A DNA stretch of 64,000 nt from Cyanobacteriota bacterium (GCA_046052125.1 JBJOMY010000005.1:1-64000); one strand, 5' to 3'; positions 29,664 through 40,013 are shown, numbered from the stretch's first letter. Numbers and translations: made by a program. The notes: a model not told the origin generated them from the letters alone.

Positions 29664-29945
29664 TCAGTCGCGGTGGAGGTGCACAAAGTGCGGTGCAAAC
29701 AGGAGCACACGCTCCCCCAGGCGCTCCTGCTGCGCGTCGAGGGCGAAGGCACCGCCGGCCATGAAATCGGCGGCCCGCTGCATCTGATCAGCCGGGAGGC
29801 TGGTGAGATTGAGCAAGACGGTGGCGTGATCTCGCAGCGCCATCACAGCCTCCTGAACCCCCTCCAAGCTGGCGGGTTGCATCACCATCACCTCCGCTCC
29901 CCAGGCCTGGGGGTTGGGGCTGAGATCCGGTAAGAAGCGATCCAT
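29664..29945 (-). CDS. Short SepF-like cell division protein
   Basis: TVLLNLT...QRAADFMAGGAFALD...LLFAP matches the SepF C-terminal domain. Confidence 0.8.
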   Translation of the reverse strand: MDRFLPDLSPNPQAWGAEVMVMQPASLEGVQEAVMALRDHATVLLNLTSLPADQMQRAADFMAGGAFALDAQQERLGERVLLFAPHFVHLHRD

Positions 29946-29995
29946 GCCTGCACCCTGGCGGCTCCAGGCAGGAAGCGCCAGGGGGCTAGGCAGCC

Positions 29996-30250
29996 CTAGG
30001 CGTGATCCGCAGCAAAGCGCTCCAGCATCTCCTGGCTGGGATGAATCGTTTCGAGCTCGTCTTCGTTATCGAGGAAGGCATCAAAGGAGCGGTAGCGGCG
30101 AATGCAGGGAGGCTCCTGGGTGGCATCTGCGAACACCTCCTGCCAGCTCATCTCCTTGGGCTTGATCTCCTGGAAGTTCTGCAGCGCTTCCTCCAGATCA
30201 GCCGCATCGCCGCAGCCGTCGCCCTGCCAGATCAGTTCGTAGAAGGTCAT
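29996..30250 (-). CDS. Small acidic hypothetical protein
   Basis: 84 aa, ATG start, IRRYRSFDAFLDNEDELETI. Confidence 0.7.
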   Translation of the reverse strand: MTFYELIWQGDGCGDAADLEEALQNFQEIKPKEMSWQEVFADATQEPPCIRRYRSFDAFLDNEDELETIHPSQEMLERFAADHA

Positions 30251-30365
30251 GTGCGTCAGAGCGCTTCACCCAGCCCAGCATGAAGCGCTGAGGTAACAAC
30301 TGATCACAGCCCCTAGGCAGCTTCAACCACGCCCCTAACTTGCGGTCGCAGCTGCTGCTGGAAAC

Positions 30366-30548
30366 ATGAGCATTGGCGAAGTGTTCCTGGAGAGCCTCTC
30401 CACCGGCGTGATCACCAGCGAAGAAATCGCCTGGGTGACCCGCAAACAGGCGCAATTCAGCCGAGAAGAGGAAGCCGTAGCCCTCAAATTGGGGCGCCTG
30501 CTCGATAACGGCCAGATCCAGATCGGCTGCCGCCTTCTGCAGGCCTGA
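30366..30548 (+). CDS. Small hypothetical protein
   Basis: 60 aa MSIGEVFLESLSTGVIT...ALKLGRLLDNGQIQIGCRL, typical codon usage. Confidence 0.7.
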   Translation: MSIGEVFLESLSTGVITSEEIAWVTRKQAQFSREEEAVALKLGRLLDNGQIQIGCRLLQA

Positions 30549-30562
30549 TCACTCCGGCGGTT

Positions 30563-31054
30563 TCAGATCAACTCCGGATGGGCGGGATCCCCCTTGAAGG
30601 GTCCCTGCACGGCGGAGGTGATCCAGCCGCCATAAAACCCTCCCGGCTGGGGCTGCACCCGCTCGCGATCCAGCCAGCAGCCATCCATCAGCGCTGGATA
30701 CAGCGCGAACCAGCCGGCCAGGGCTACAAAAGCCTCCGTGGGCTGCGGGTAACTCCACAGGGCGCGCTCAAGGCGCCGCTCTCCCACCACCACGGAGAAG
30801 TAGCGGGCCACGCCTTTCCACTCACAGAAACTGCGGCCGGCGGCTGGCTCCAGAAGATCGAGGCGCACAGCCTCCGGCGGCACATACACCGTGGGGGGAT
30901 GGAACGTTTCCAGCACCCTCAGGCTCACGTTGGTTTGCACCAGCACCTCACCCAGGGCGATCACCTCGATGCGTTGATCGCAGACCACCAGGGCCGGCGG
31001 GCGCGGGTAATCGGCCACCCGCTCCACCCGCGCAGCTGCAACGTGATCCGCCAT
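30563..31054 (-). CDS. DUF427 domain protein
   Basis: DYPRPP, RVLETFHPP, SFCEWKGVARYF, QPGGFYGGWIT. Confidence 0.85.
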   Translation of the reverse strand: MADHVAAARVERVADYPRPPALVVCDQRIEVIALGEVLVQTNVSLRVLETFHPPTVYVPPEAVRLDLLEPAAGRSFCEWKGVARYFSVVVGERRLERALWSYPQPTEAFVALAGWFALYPALMDGCWLDRERVQPQPGGFYGGWITSAVQGPFKGDPAHPELI

Positions 31055-31058
31055 GGGG

Positions 31059-31304
31059 TCAGCCGGGAATGAAGGTGCGCAGGCGCCTTGCTTCCTCACC
31101 GGCGCGGCGTTGCAGTTCCTGATCGCTGAGGTGCTCGTCCTCGCGCAGCTGTGCGGCGATCACGTCCTGCTCACTCACGGCAAACCCTTCTGCCTGGGCG
31201 ATCTCCAGCAGCTCTTCGAGATCGAGCGGCTGCTGCAAGCGCGGCAGCAAATGGGCTTGCTGGCGCGCATGGGCCAGAAAGGCATCCAGCTGTTCGAGCG
31301 ACAA
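31059..31304 (-). CDS. Nif11-like leader domain protein (no adjacent modifying enzyme)
   Basis: MSLEQLDAFL...LEIAQAEGFAVS...LSDQELQ; TTG start. Confidence 0.75.
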   Translation of the reverse strand: MSLEQLDAFLAHARQQAHLLPRLQQPLDLEELLEIAQAEGFAVSEQDVIAAQLREDEHLSDQELQRRAGEEARRLRTFIPG

Positions 31305-31391
31305 AAGATCACCTGAGCTCTTGCCGTCCTAGCCAAAACCCTCGCCAAGGGGGGCGGCGCGTTCCAAACTTGAACGAGTCGAGCCACGTTC

Positions 31392-31808
31392 ATGAGCCGC
31401 AGCGCCAGCGACCCGCAGATACCCCTGCCCCTGTGGATGCGCCGCGGCGGAGCCGCGCTCACCGCGCTGGTGGCGGTGTTGTTCGTGGTGCTGCTGGTGC
31501 AGGTGCGGCAGCAGGGAGCGCGGATTCAAAGCCTCCAGGACAAGGTGCAAACCCTGGAAAACGCCAACGATCTCGATCGCACCAACGCCCTCGAGGAGCA
31601 GGTGCGCTCCACCGCCGAGCGGCTGCAAAACCTGGAGGGCCTGGAGCAAACCGTTCAGAGCCTGAGCAGCGAGCAGGCGGGGCTGCGGGCACAGCTGCGC
31701 AGTCAGCTGCGGGACCCGCAATACGGCCTTGAGGACGGGATGGGCACTGCCAAACCCAAACCCGGCCGGATGCCAGCCCTGCCTCCTCTGCCCAACGGTC
31801 AGGAATGA
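31392..31808 (+). CDS. Membrane-anchored coiled-coil hypothetical protein
   Basis: One N-terminal TM helix followed by Gln/Glu/Leu heptads and a Pro-rich tail. Confidence 0.7.
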   Translation: MSRSASDPQIPLPLWMRRGGAALTALVAVLFVVLLVQVRQQGARIQSLQDKVQTLENANDLDRTNALEEQVRSTAERLQNLEGLEQTVQSLSSEQAGLRAQLRSQLRDPQYGLEDGMGTAKPKPGRMPALPPLPNGQE

Positions 31809-32977
31809 GCCAGCCGGCCGCGGCCCAGCGGCTGAGCCAGGTGCAGCAACCGGTGATCCCGGTGATGGGCGAGCTGATCAGCCAGACCCCCGGCACCCTC
31901 TCGCTCGGCCAGGGCATGGTGAGCTGGGGTCCACCCGATCAGGTGCGCGCGGCAGCGGCCGCGGCCCTGGCCGATCCCGGGGCATCGCTGGATCGCTACG
32001 GCCCGGTAACTGGCAACCCTGAGCTACGCCACGCCCTCAAACAGTGGCTGCAGCAGGAACACCAGCTCGATCTCAGCTGCAGCGAGCTGCTGATCACCGC
32101 CGGCAGCAACATGGCCTTCAACGCCCTGGTGCAGGTGCTCTGCGACCCGGGCGATGAGCTGATCCTGCCGGTTCCCTACTACTTCAATCACGAGATGGCG
32201 ATCCGCCTGGCGGGCGGCATCCCCGTGGCGGTGCACGCCGGTGTGATTCCTGATCCGCAGCAGCTGGCGGCTGCGATCACACCCCGCACCCGGGCGATCG
32301 TGACCATCTCCCCCAACAACCCCAGCGGGGCTGTGCTGCCGCGGGAGGTGCTGGAGGCGATCAATCGCCTCTGCGCCGATCGCGGTCTGCTGCACATCAG
32401 CGACGAGGCGTATGCCCTGTTCGGCTATGGCAATGCCGCCGTGTGGAGCCCTGGCAGCGCAGCCGGCAGCGGTTCCCACACCGTGACGCTGGGCTCACTC
32501 TCCAAAAGCCACGGCATGGCGGGATGGCGCATCGGCTGGGCGGTGGTGCCCCCAGAGCTGATGGCGGATCTGGCCAAAGTGCAGGACACGATCCTGATCC
32601 ACCCGCCCCATCTCAATCAACGCGCTGCCCTGGCAGCACTGGAGGCTGGCGGCGACTGGTGCCGCCAGCGGATCGCCACCCTGGTCCCACGCCGGCAGCA
32701 GGTGCTCAAGGCTCTGCAGCGAGCGAACGCCCCGTGGCAGCTGGCCTGCCAACCGGATGGCGCCTTCTACGCATTGCTGCGGCTGCAGAGCTCCCTCAAC
32801 AGCGATCAAGCGATGGAGCGACTAATCCGCGAACACCAGGTAGCCCTGGTGAGCGGCAGCAGTTTTGGCCTGGAAGGCTGCTGGCTGCGGCTGAGCTACG
32901 GGATGCTGGCCGAAGCGGATTTGGCTGAAGCGCTGAAGCGGCTGGCGGGGGGACTGGAGCAGCTCGCGCTCAGGTGA
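31805..32977 (+). CDS. PLP-dependent class I/II aminotransferase
   Basis: SPNNPSG, SDEAY, SLSKSHGMAGWRIG. Confidence 0.93.
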   Translation: MSQPAAAQRLSQVQQPVIPVMGELISQTPGTLSLGQGMVSWGPPDQVRAAAAAALADPGASLDRYGPVTGNPELRHALKQWLQQEHQLDLSCSELLITAGSNMAFNALVQVLCDPGDELILPVPYYFNHEMAIRLAGGIPVAVHAGVIPDPQQLAAAITPRTRAIVTISPNNPSGAVLPREVLEAINRLCADRGLLHISDEAYALFGYGNAAVWSPGSAAGSGSHTVTLGSLSKSHGMAGWRIGWAVVPPELMADLAKVQDTILIHPPHLNQRAALAALEAGGDWCRQRIATLVPRRQQVLKALQRANAPWQLACQPDGAFYALLRLQSSLNSDQAMERLIREHQVALVSGSSFGLEGCWLRLSYGMLAEADLAEALKRLAGGLEQLALR

Positions 32978-33001
32978 GGAGCAGGGCAGAAGCGCTCGTG
33001 C

Positions 33002-33850
33002 TCAGCCCTTCACGGCATCGCCGCTGGCACTGGGCAGGATGTAGCGCTGCAGGCCGACAAACAGAGCCAACACCGGCAGGATCGACACCACCGCACCGGC
33101 GGCCACCAGGCGCCAGTCGAGCGAGAAGCTGCTGGCCAGCTGCTGCAAACCCAACGGCAGGGTGTAGAGATTGGGGTCGTCGAGGATCACCAGCGGCCAG
33201 AGGAAATCACTCCAGGTGCCGATGAACACGAACATCGCCAGGGTGATCAGATCAGCGCGGGCGGCGGGGATCATCACGTTCCACCATTCCCCGAGCGGCG
33301 TGCAGCCATCGATGCGGGCCGCTTCTTCCAATTCCACGGGCACACCGGCGAAGCTCTGGCGCAGCAGAAAGATGCCAAAGGCCGTGGCGGCCTGGGGAAT
33401 GATCAACGCCCAGAAGGTGTTGCGCAGCCCCAGCTGCACCATCAGCAGATAGAGCGGGATCATCACCACCTGGAAGGGGATCAAGATCGTGGCCACCACC
33501 AGAGCCAACACCAACCCCCGACCGGCGAAGCGCATGCGCGCCAGGGGGTAGGCCGCCAGCGAGCAAAACAGCAGATTGGCGATCACCGCCAGGCCGCTCA
33601 CGATGGCGCTGTTGCGGATGTAGCCCAACATCGGGTTGTCGTTGAACAACCGCTGGTAGGCCTCCAGGCTGGGTTGGGTCGGCAAAAGCGCCGGTGGGGT
33701 GGTGAAGATGTTCTCGGCGGGGCCCTTGAGCGAGGTGCTCACCAACCAGAACAGCGGCACCAGCATCGCCAGCGCAATCAACAGCAACAGGGCCAACTGC
33801 AGGCCGCTGGCGAGCAGCGTGCGGGGCCGACCGCTCGCGGGTTGAGCCAT
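33002..33850 (-). CDS. Carbohydrate ABC transporter permease
   Basis: EAA motif ELEEAARIDG, WSDFLWPL. Confidence 0.93.
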   Translation of the reverse strand: MAQPASGRPRTLLASGLQLALLLLIALAMLVPLFWLVSTSLKGPAENIFTTPPALLPTQPSLEAYQRLFNDNPMLGYIRNSAIVSGLAVIANLLFCSLAAYPLARMRFAGRGLVLALVVATILIPFQVVMIPLYLLMVQLGLRNTFWALIIPQAATAFGIFLLRQSFAGVPVELEEAARIDGCTPLGEWWNVMIPAARADLITLAMFVFIGTWSDFLWPLVILDDPNLYTLPLGLQQLASSFSLDWRLVAAGAVVSILPVLALFVGLQRYILPSASGDAVKG

Positions 33851-35490
33851 CAGAGGCGCGGGCGCTCGGCGGGAGCGAGATCACCCACCGGCAACGGAGC
33901 CTTCTGGGGGTGCAACGGCGAGCGCTGGCTGCCCGCCACCAGCCGGTTGAGGGCATTCACAAACGCCTGGGCAGCCGCCACCACGATGTCGGTGTCAGCA
34001 GCGTGGCCGGAATAGAGCACGCCATCGGCCCGCAGGCGGATCGTCACCTCGCCCATGGCATCGATGCCCTCAGTGACCGACTTCACCGAAAACTCCACCA
34101 GCTCGTTGGGCACCCGCGCTAAGTGATTGAGGGCCTGGCACACCGCATCCACAGGACCGGTGCCGATCGCCGCTTCAGTGAGCTCAGCGCCATCGCTATT
34201 CACCAGGGTGACGGTGGCCGTGGGCTGCAGGTTGGTGCCGGTGCTCACCTGCACCAACTTGAGGCTGTAGCGCGCTTCATCCTGCTGCTGCACCTGCTCG
34301 CTCACGATCGCTTCGAGATCGCGGTCGGTGATCTCGCGTTTGCGATCCGCCAGCTCCTTGAAACGGGCGAAGGCATCGTCGAGGTCGTCGCGCTCGAGGC
34401 TGTAGCCGAGCTCCTCGAGCCGGGCGCGGAAGGCGCTGCGGCCGCTCAACTTGCCAAGGGAGATGCGGTTATCGGCGAGGCCGATCGTGCGCGCATCGAT
34501 GATTTCGTAGGTGAGGCGGTTCTTCAGAACGCCGTCCTGGTGGATGCCGCTTTCATGGGCGAAGGCGTTGGCCCCCACGATCGCCTTGTTGGGCTGCACG
34601 GCCATGCCGGTGAGATTGCTCACCAGGCGTGAGGTTTTGTAGATCTCTTCCGTGCGCACGCCGGTGAGGGGCTCGGTGCTCTCTGCGGGGCGGCCCAGGA
34701 AGGGATTGAAATAGCTGCGCCGCACATGCAGCGCCATCACCAACTCCTCGAGCGAGGCATTGCCGGCCCGTTCACCGATGCCGTTGATGGTGCACTCGAG
34801 CTGGCGGGCGCCGTTCTTCACCGCCTCGAGGAAGTTGGCAACAGCCAGGCCGAGATCGTTGTGGCCATGCACCGAGATCACCGCCTGATCGATGTTGGGC
34901 ACATGGCGGTTGATGCCATCGATCAGGGCACCGAATTCGGCAGGGGTGGTGTAGCCCACCGTGTCGGGAATGTTGATCGTGGTGGCGCCAGCGGCAATCG
35001 CTGCCTCGATCACCTGATACATGAACTCCGGATCGGAGCGGCCGGCGTCCTCGCAGGAGAACTCAACGTCGTCCACGAGAGAGCGGGCGTAAGCCACCAT
35101 CTCGCCAGCGATCTGTAGCACCTCGGCGCGGCTCTTGCGCAGCTTGTGCTCGAGGTGAATGTCGCTGGTGGCAATAAAGGTGTGAATCCGGCGATTCACC
35201 GCGGGGGCCACCGCATCAGCGCAGGCCTTGATGTCGCCCTTGGCGGCCCGGGCCAGGCCACAGATCACCGGACCATCAGCGGTGCCCACGGAGGCGGCAA
35301 TGCGCTGCACGGCGTTGAAATCGCCGGGGCTGGCAAAAGGGAAGCCCGCCTCAATGATGTCGACGCCCAGACGAGCCAGCTGCTGCGCGATCGCCAGCTT
35401 CTCCTCGAGATTCAAGCTGGCGCCAGGGGACTGCTCCCCATCGCGCAGGGTGGTATCGAAGATCAATACCCGGCCGGGATCGCGGGCCAT
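33850..35490 (-). CDS. leuA: 2-isopropylmalate synthase
   Basis: [42 protein letters not shown]. Confidence 0.98.
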   Translation of the reverse strand: MARDPGRVLIFDTTLRDGEQSPGASLNLEEKLAIAQQLARLGVDIIEAGFPFASPGDFNAVQRIAASVGTADGPVICGLARAAKGDIKACADAVAPAVNRRIHTFIATSDIHLEHKLRKSRAEVLQIAGEMVAYARSLVDDVEFSCEDAGRSDPEFMYQVIEAAIAAGATTINIPDTVGYTTPAEFGALIDGINRHVPNIDQAVISVHGHNDLGLAVANFLEAVKNGARQLECTINGIGERAGNASLEELVMALHVRRSYFNPFLGRPAESTEPLTGVRTEEIYKTSRLVSNLTGMAVQPNKAIVGANAFAHESGIHQDGVLKNRLTYEIIDARTIGLADNRISLGKLSGRSAFRARLEELGYSLERDDLDDAFARFKELADRKREITDRDLEAIVSEQVQQQDEARYSLKLVQVSTGTNLQPTATVTLVNSDGAELTEAAIGTGPVDAVCQALNHLARVPNELVEFSVKSVTEGIDAMGEVTIRLRADGVLYSGHAADTDIVVAAAQAFVNALNRLVAGSQRSPLHPQKAPLPVGDLAPAERPRL

Positions 35491-35543
35491 GGCGGCTACA
35501 AGTCGGAATGGTTATGAGTTAGCCCCAGTTTAGGGGTGTGACC

Positions 35544-36071
35544 TCAGCTGCGGCCAAGGGAGGGCTGGAGCCCTTCGTGCTTCTCCAGCTGATTGCGCAG
35601 GTCCGCCAGATCCACAAAGCGATCGGCCGCGTTGCGCAGCTCCCGCGGCACCATGCCGTCGGTGCTCATCAACACCACCTTCAGGCCTTTGATCCGCAGC
35701 ACCTCCATCAGCCGCTCCAGATCACGGCTACCGCTCAGCAGCCACACCTCATCGCTGCGGTGCGCCACAGAGAGCAAATCAATGGCGATCTCCACATCGA
35801 GATTGGCGCGGGCAAACTGCCTCTGATCCGCATCACCACCCAACTCCCGCAACGGCTTGGCCCGCACCGTGAATCCCAGGCTGGTGAGGGCATCACGAAA
35901 CGGGCGCTGGTCGGTGGGGTCCTTCAGGCCCGTGTACCAAAAGGCACTGCCGATCTCCACCCCAGGCGTGGCAGTGGCGTGGCTCAGCAGACGGCGCGGG
36001 TCGAAAAACCAGCCCAGCTTCTGCTGCACGTAAAACATGCTGTGGCCGTCGACCGCCAGAGCGAGCTGCAT
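35544..36071 (-). CDS. NYN (LabA/DUF88) domain protein
   Basis: VDGHSMFY, ANLDVEIAID, LLSGSRD, ELRNAADRFVDL. Confidence 0.88.
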   Translation of the reverse strand: MQLALAVDGHSMFYVQQKLGWFFDPRRLLSHATATPGVEIGSAFWYTGLKDPTDQRPFRDALTSLGFTVRAKPLRELGGDADQRQFARANLDVEIAIDLLSVAHRSDEVWLLSGSRDLERLMEVLRIKGLKVVLMSTDGMVPRELRNAADRFVDLADLRNQLEKHEGLQPSLGRS

Positions 36072-36137
36072 CGCTGCCGAATCACTGGCTCGAGCCTAAA
36101 AGCAGCGCGTAAAGTCGCCCCACTCTGAGCTGGGACC

Positions 36138-37745
36138 TTGGCCACCGGCGCACTGGCCACGGAGACCACCACCCACGGCGAACTCGCCCTGGTGCTGCAC
36201 GCGCACCTTCCCTACGTGCACTCCAGCGAACCAGGCTCCCTCGAGGAAGACTGGTATTTCCAGGCGCTGCTGGAGTGCTACCTGCCGCTGCTCGATGTGC
36301 TGGAGGCAGCGGCGGCCGATCCACGCCAGCGGCCGCGTCTGAGCATGGGGCTCTCGCCCACGCTGCTCTCGCTGCTGAGCAATGCGGAACTGAGCCGCCG
36401 CTTCGAGCCCTGGCTGGCGGTGCGGCAAGAGCTGCTGCTGCAATCTCCTGCCGGGTACGAACCGGCCGCAGCGGATCTCGCCCAACAGCTCAGCGCCACG
36501 GCAGCGGCGTGGAAGCGCTGCGATGGCAACTTGCTGCCCCGCTTCCAGCGGCTCCAGCAGGCAGGAGTGCTCGATCTGCTCACCTGTGCCGCCACCCACG
36601 GCTACCTGCCACTGCTGCGGGACTGCCCCGAAGCCGTGCGCGCCCAACTGCTCACAGCGGTGCGGGAGCACCAGCGGCTGCTGGGGGTGCGACCCCAGGG
36701 CATCTGGCTACCGGAATGCGCCTACTACGAGGGGCTGGATCGGCTGCTTGTGAGCTGCGGGCTGCGCTACGCGATCCTCGATGCCCACGGCCTGCTGCAT
36801 GGCCAACCCCGGCCCCGCTACGGGGTGTACGCCCCCATCTGCACCCCTGCGGGGATGGCCTTCTTCGGGCGCGACAGTGAATCCACCCTGCCGGTATGGA
36901 GCGCCCGCGATGGCTACCCCGGCGATGCCAGCTACCGCGAGTTCCACCGCGATCTGGGCTGGGACCTACCCGATGGCGAACTGGAGCAACGGGGCATCAG
37001 CTGCCGCCGGCCCCTCGGCCTGAAACTTCACCGCGTCAGCGGCCGCGACTGCAGCCTGGATGGCAAGCAGCCCTACGAGCCGGCAGCGGCCCATGCCGCC
37101 GCGCGCCGCGATGCCGCCCACTACCTGCAGGGCCGGGCCCAGCACCTGCAGCAACTGCAGACCGCCATGGAGCGCCCACCGCTGTTGGTGGCTCCCTTCG
37201 ATGCCGAGCTGTTCGGCCACTGGTGGTTTGAAGGTCCGCGCTTTCTGGCGGAGCTGTTCCGGCAGGCGCCGGAACAGGGGGTTGGCCTGGCCACCCTGCG
37301 CGACACCCTCAGCCGCGGCGCCAGCCTGCAGCTCTGCCAACCCTCCCCCTCCAGCTGGGGCCAGGGGGGCTATCACAACTACTGGCTCAACGACAGCAAT
37401 GCCTGGGTGATCCCGGAGTGGCATCGGGCCTCACGAGCGATGGTGCAGCGGGTGAGCCGCGGCGTGGGCAGCGAGCACGCCCGTGAACTCCTCAACCAGG
37501 CTGGCCGGGAGCTGCTGCTGGCCCAGAGTTCCGATTGGAGCTTCATCCTGCGGGCCGGCACCACCACCGAACTGGCCCGCGAGCGGATTGAGCGCCACCT
37601 GGGCCGCTTCTGGCAGCTGCTGGGGGCCATCGATGGCGAGGTGCAGCTTCCCGAAGGATGGCTTGAGGCGGTGCGCACCGAAGACGCCCTATTTCCGCTG
37701 ATCAACGCCGCAGACTGGGCCCAGATCCCGGCTGCTGCACCCTGA
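36138..37745 (+). CDS. Glycoside hydrolase family 57 (branching-enzyme type, DUF1957)
   Basis: LVLHAHLPYV, THGYLPL, GIWLPECAY, PFDAELFGHWWFEGP, LAQSSDWSF. Confidence 0.93.
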   Translation: MATGALATETTTHGELALVLHAHLPYVHSSEPGSLEEDWYFQALLECYLPLLDVLEAAAADPRQRPRLSMGLSPTLLSLLSNAELSRRFEPWLAVRQELLLQSPAGYEPAAADLAQQLSATAAAWKRCDGNLLPRFQRLQQAGVLDLLTCAATHGYLPLLRDCPEAVRAQLLTAVREHQRLLGVRPQGIWLPECAYYEGLDRLLVSCGLRYAILDAHGLLHGQPRPRYGVYAPICTPAGMAFFGRDSESTLPVWSARDGYPGDASYREFHRDLGWDLPDGELEQRGISCRRPLGLKLHRVSGRDCSLDGKQPYEPAAAHAAARRDAAHYLQGRAQHLQQLQTAMERPPLLVAPFDAELFGHWWFEGPRFLAELFRQAPEQGVGLATLRDTLSRGASLQLCQPSPSSWGQGGYHNYWLNDSNAWVIPEWHRASRAMVQRVSRGVGSEHARELLNQAGRELLLAQSSDWSFILRAGTTTELARERIERHLGRFWQLLGAIDGEVQLPEGWLEAVRTEDALFPLINAADWAQIPAAAP

Positions 37746-37786
37746 CCACCACCGCCGCGCTCTCCCCCCGCCAGCAACAGGAGCTG

Positions 37787-38764
37787 TTGGATCAGGCCCT
37801 GCCCGCTGAGCAGCAGTTCGAGGCGAGCCTGCAGCAGCGCCACCTCGCCCCACCACGCCGCTCGGCGCTGCGAGTGCTGCAGCTGAATCTGGGCAAGCTC
37901 TGCAACATGCGCTGCAGCCACTGCCATGTGGATGCGGGCCCCCATCAGGGCCACACCCTGATGAGCGACGCTGTGGTGGAGCAGTGCATCGCAGCGATAG
38001 AGCGGCTGCAGCCGGCCGTGGTGGATCTCACCGGTGGGGCCCCCGAGCTGCATCCGCGCTTCAAGGAGCTCGTGCTGGCGGCCCGGGCCCAGGGATGCCA
38101 TGTGATCGATCGCTGCAACCTCACGGTGCTGCTGCTGCCAGCGCTGCGGGATTTGGGGGCGTTCCTGGCGGAGCAACAGGTGGAGATCGTGGCGAGCCTG
38201 CCCCAGCCGGAAGAAGAGAGCACCGATGCCCAGCGCGGCGATGGCACCTGGGAGGCCTCGATCGAGGCGCTGCGGCGGCTCAACGCGCTCGGCTACGGCC
38301 AGGGCGATCCCCGCCGGAAGCTCACGCTGATGAGCAATCCAGCCGGCACACGCCGGCAGCAGCTCACCCCCTGCGACACGCTGCAGTGGAAACAGCGCCT
38401 CCAGGAGCTGGCGGGGGTGCAGTTCGATCAGCTGATCGGCCTCAACAACATGCCGATCGCCCGCTTCCTGGAGCAGCTGCAGCGCGATGGCCATGTGAAC
38501 TGCTACCTGAAGCTGCTCCATAACGCCTTCAACGCCGAGGCGCTCCATGGCCTGATGTGCCGCGACACGCTCTCGGTAGCCGCCGATGGCCAGCTATTCG
38601 ACTGCGATTTCAACCAGATGCTCGAGCTCCCGCTCGGCGGCACCGCAACCACGATTGAGACGATCACCCGCGAACAGCTCCAGCATCGAGCCATTCACTG
38701 GGGCAACCACTGCTTCGGCTGCACCGCTGGCCAGGGCAGCTCCTGTGCCGGGGCTACGGCCTGA
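37787..38764 (+). CDS. arsS: Radical SAM / Cys-rich protein, ArsS (arsenosugar biosynthesis) family
   Basis: QLNLGKLCNMRCSHCHVDAGP, DLTGGAPE, DCDFNQ, HCFGCTAGQGSSC. Confidence 0.82.
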   Translation: MDQALPAEQQFEASLQQRHLAPPRRSALRVLQLNLGKLCNMRCSHCHVDAGPHQGHTLMSDAVVEQCIAAIERLQPAVVDLTGGAPELHPRFKELVLAARAQGCHVIDRCNLTVLLLPALRDLGAFLAEQQVEIVASLPQPEEESTDAQRGDGTWEASIEALRRLNALGYGQGDPRRKLTLMSNPAGTRRQQLTPCDTLQWKQRLQELAGVQFDQLIGLNNMPIARFLEQLQRDGHVNCYLKLLHNAFNAEALHGLMCRDTLSVAADGQLFDCDFNQMLELPLGGTATTIETITREQLQHRAIHWGNHCFGCTAGQGSSCAGATA

Positions 38765-40013
38765 GCATCCGCAGCGCCAGCTGCAACTCACGACCCTGCA
38801 TCAGCATCAGCCCCGCCTTCACGCTCCAGGGCGCCACTACAAACAACCGCACCATCGCTGCAATCAGCTGAGGCAGGCTGAGCGTGTTGGTGAGAAAGCC
38901 AAACCACTGCTCGCGGGGCAAGGAGAAGAAGGTGGTGAAGTGGGCGCGCAACTGGGGCTCGGAAAACCGCATCAATTTCTCCAAACCGAAGCGATACAGC
39001 GCATGCCGGCGCTGCAGCTCCAGGGGCCAAAGGGCCTGCCAGGCCTGAGCCGCCAACGGCTGACCTCCGGCGAGGGGATCCTGCAGGCCGGCGGCGATCG
39101 CATCAGCCAGGGCAGGTGCACGCCGCAGCAGCGATCCCACCATGTAGCCCGAAGCCGGGTGCACCATCGACGCAGAGCCGCCGAAACCCACCACCCGCTG
39201 CTGCAGATCCGGCAGGGGCAAGTTCATCGGAAACAGGCAGAACTCTTCGTGCTGCACCTGCTCCACGCTGATGCCGCGTAGAGCCAGCCGCCGCAGTAGC
39301 CGATCCTTGAGCACGTCGTAGGGCACCGCCGGCGCCAGCGCCAGGGAGGTCTCTTCCACAAAGAACACCCCATCGCCGAAATCCATGGCGTAAAGGAAGG
39401 TGGGCGGCGCGCAGCGGCGCTCCGCCTCGCTGAGGTGATCACAGCGGTAATCCATCAGCACGAACTGGCCCGGATCCACCGGCGGCGCTGAGAAACGGCC
39501 AACGATGCCGTAGGCGGCCTGACCCGCCACCGGCCCCTCATCAGGGCGCTGCACAAAGCGGGAGTGATGGCCGCTGGCATCGATCACCAGCCGCGCCCGC
39601 AGGCGCTCGCCGGCCTCGGTGATCACCACCGACCCGGCCTCGTCGTGCTCAATCGCTGCCGCGCGGCCCTGATGCCAGCTGACACCGCCGTTCCGGCATG
39701 CCCCCCACCAATGCTGCTGCAGCGCAGTTTTGTCGAACAGGCCGTAGTCGATGCCATGGGCTACAGCACCAGTGGCGAGCCGATCACCGAAATAGCTGCG
39801 GGTGTCGTGCCAGCGATGGCCCAGCAGCTGCTGCAAACCGAGCTCGTCCACCTCCGGGCCCCAGATGCCGTAGGTGTTGGCCCAAGGGGCTGCTGGATCC
39901 TCCGGCGCCAGGCCCTGCACCGCCACGCCCCGTTCGCAAAGGGCGGCCGCGATGCACAGGGCGGCCGGGCCGGCCCCGAGCACCAGCACATCGATCGTGG
40001 GGGGCTGAGCCAT
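38754..40013 (-). CDS. crtL: CrtL-type lycopene cyclase
   Basis: DVLVLGAGPA, NTYGIW, PTFLYAM, FVEETSLA, MVHPASGY. Confidence 0.93.
   Translation of the reverse strand: MAQPPTIDVLVLGAGPAALCIAAALCERGVAVQGLAPEDPAAPWANTYGIWGPEVDELGLQQLLGHRWHDTRSYFGDRLATGAVAHGIDYGLFDKTALQQHWWGACRNGGVSWHQGRAAAIEHDEAGSVVITEAGERLRARLVIDASGHHSRFVQRPDEGPVAGQAAYGIVGRFSAPPVDPGQFVLMDYRCDHLSEAERRCAPPTFLYAMDFGDGVFFVEETSLALAPAVPYDVLKDRLLRRLALRGISVEQVQHEEFCLFPMNLPLPDLQQRVVGFGGSASMVHPASGYMVGSLLRRAPALADAIAAGLQDPLAGGQPLAAQAWQALWPLELQRRHALYRFGLEKLMRFSEPQLRAHFTTFFSLPREQWFGFLTNTLSLPQLIAAMVRLFVVAPWSVKAGLMLMQGRELQLALRMLRP

Noticed and set aside
38740..38764. Selenocysteine read-through in ArsS
   Set aside because: GSSC has a TGT Cys codon, and the TGA falls at the normal family C-terminus.
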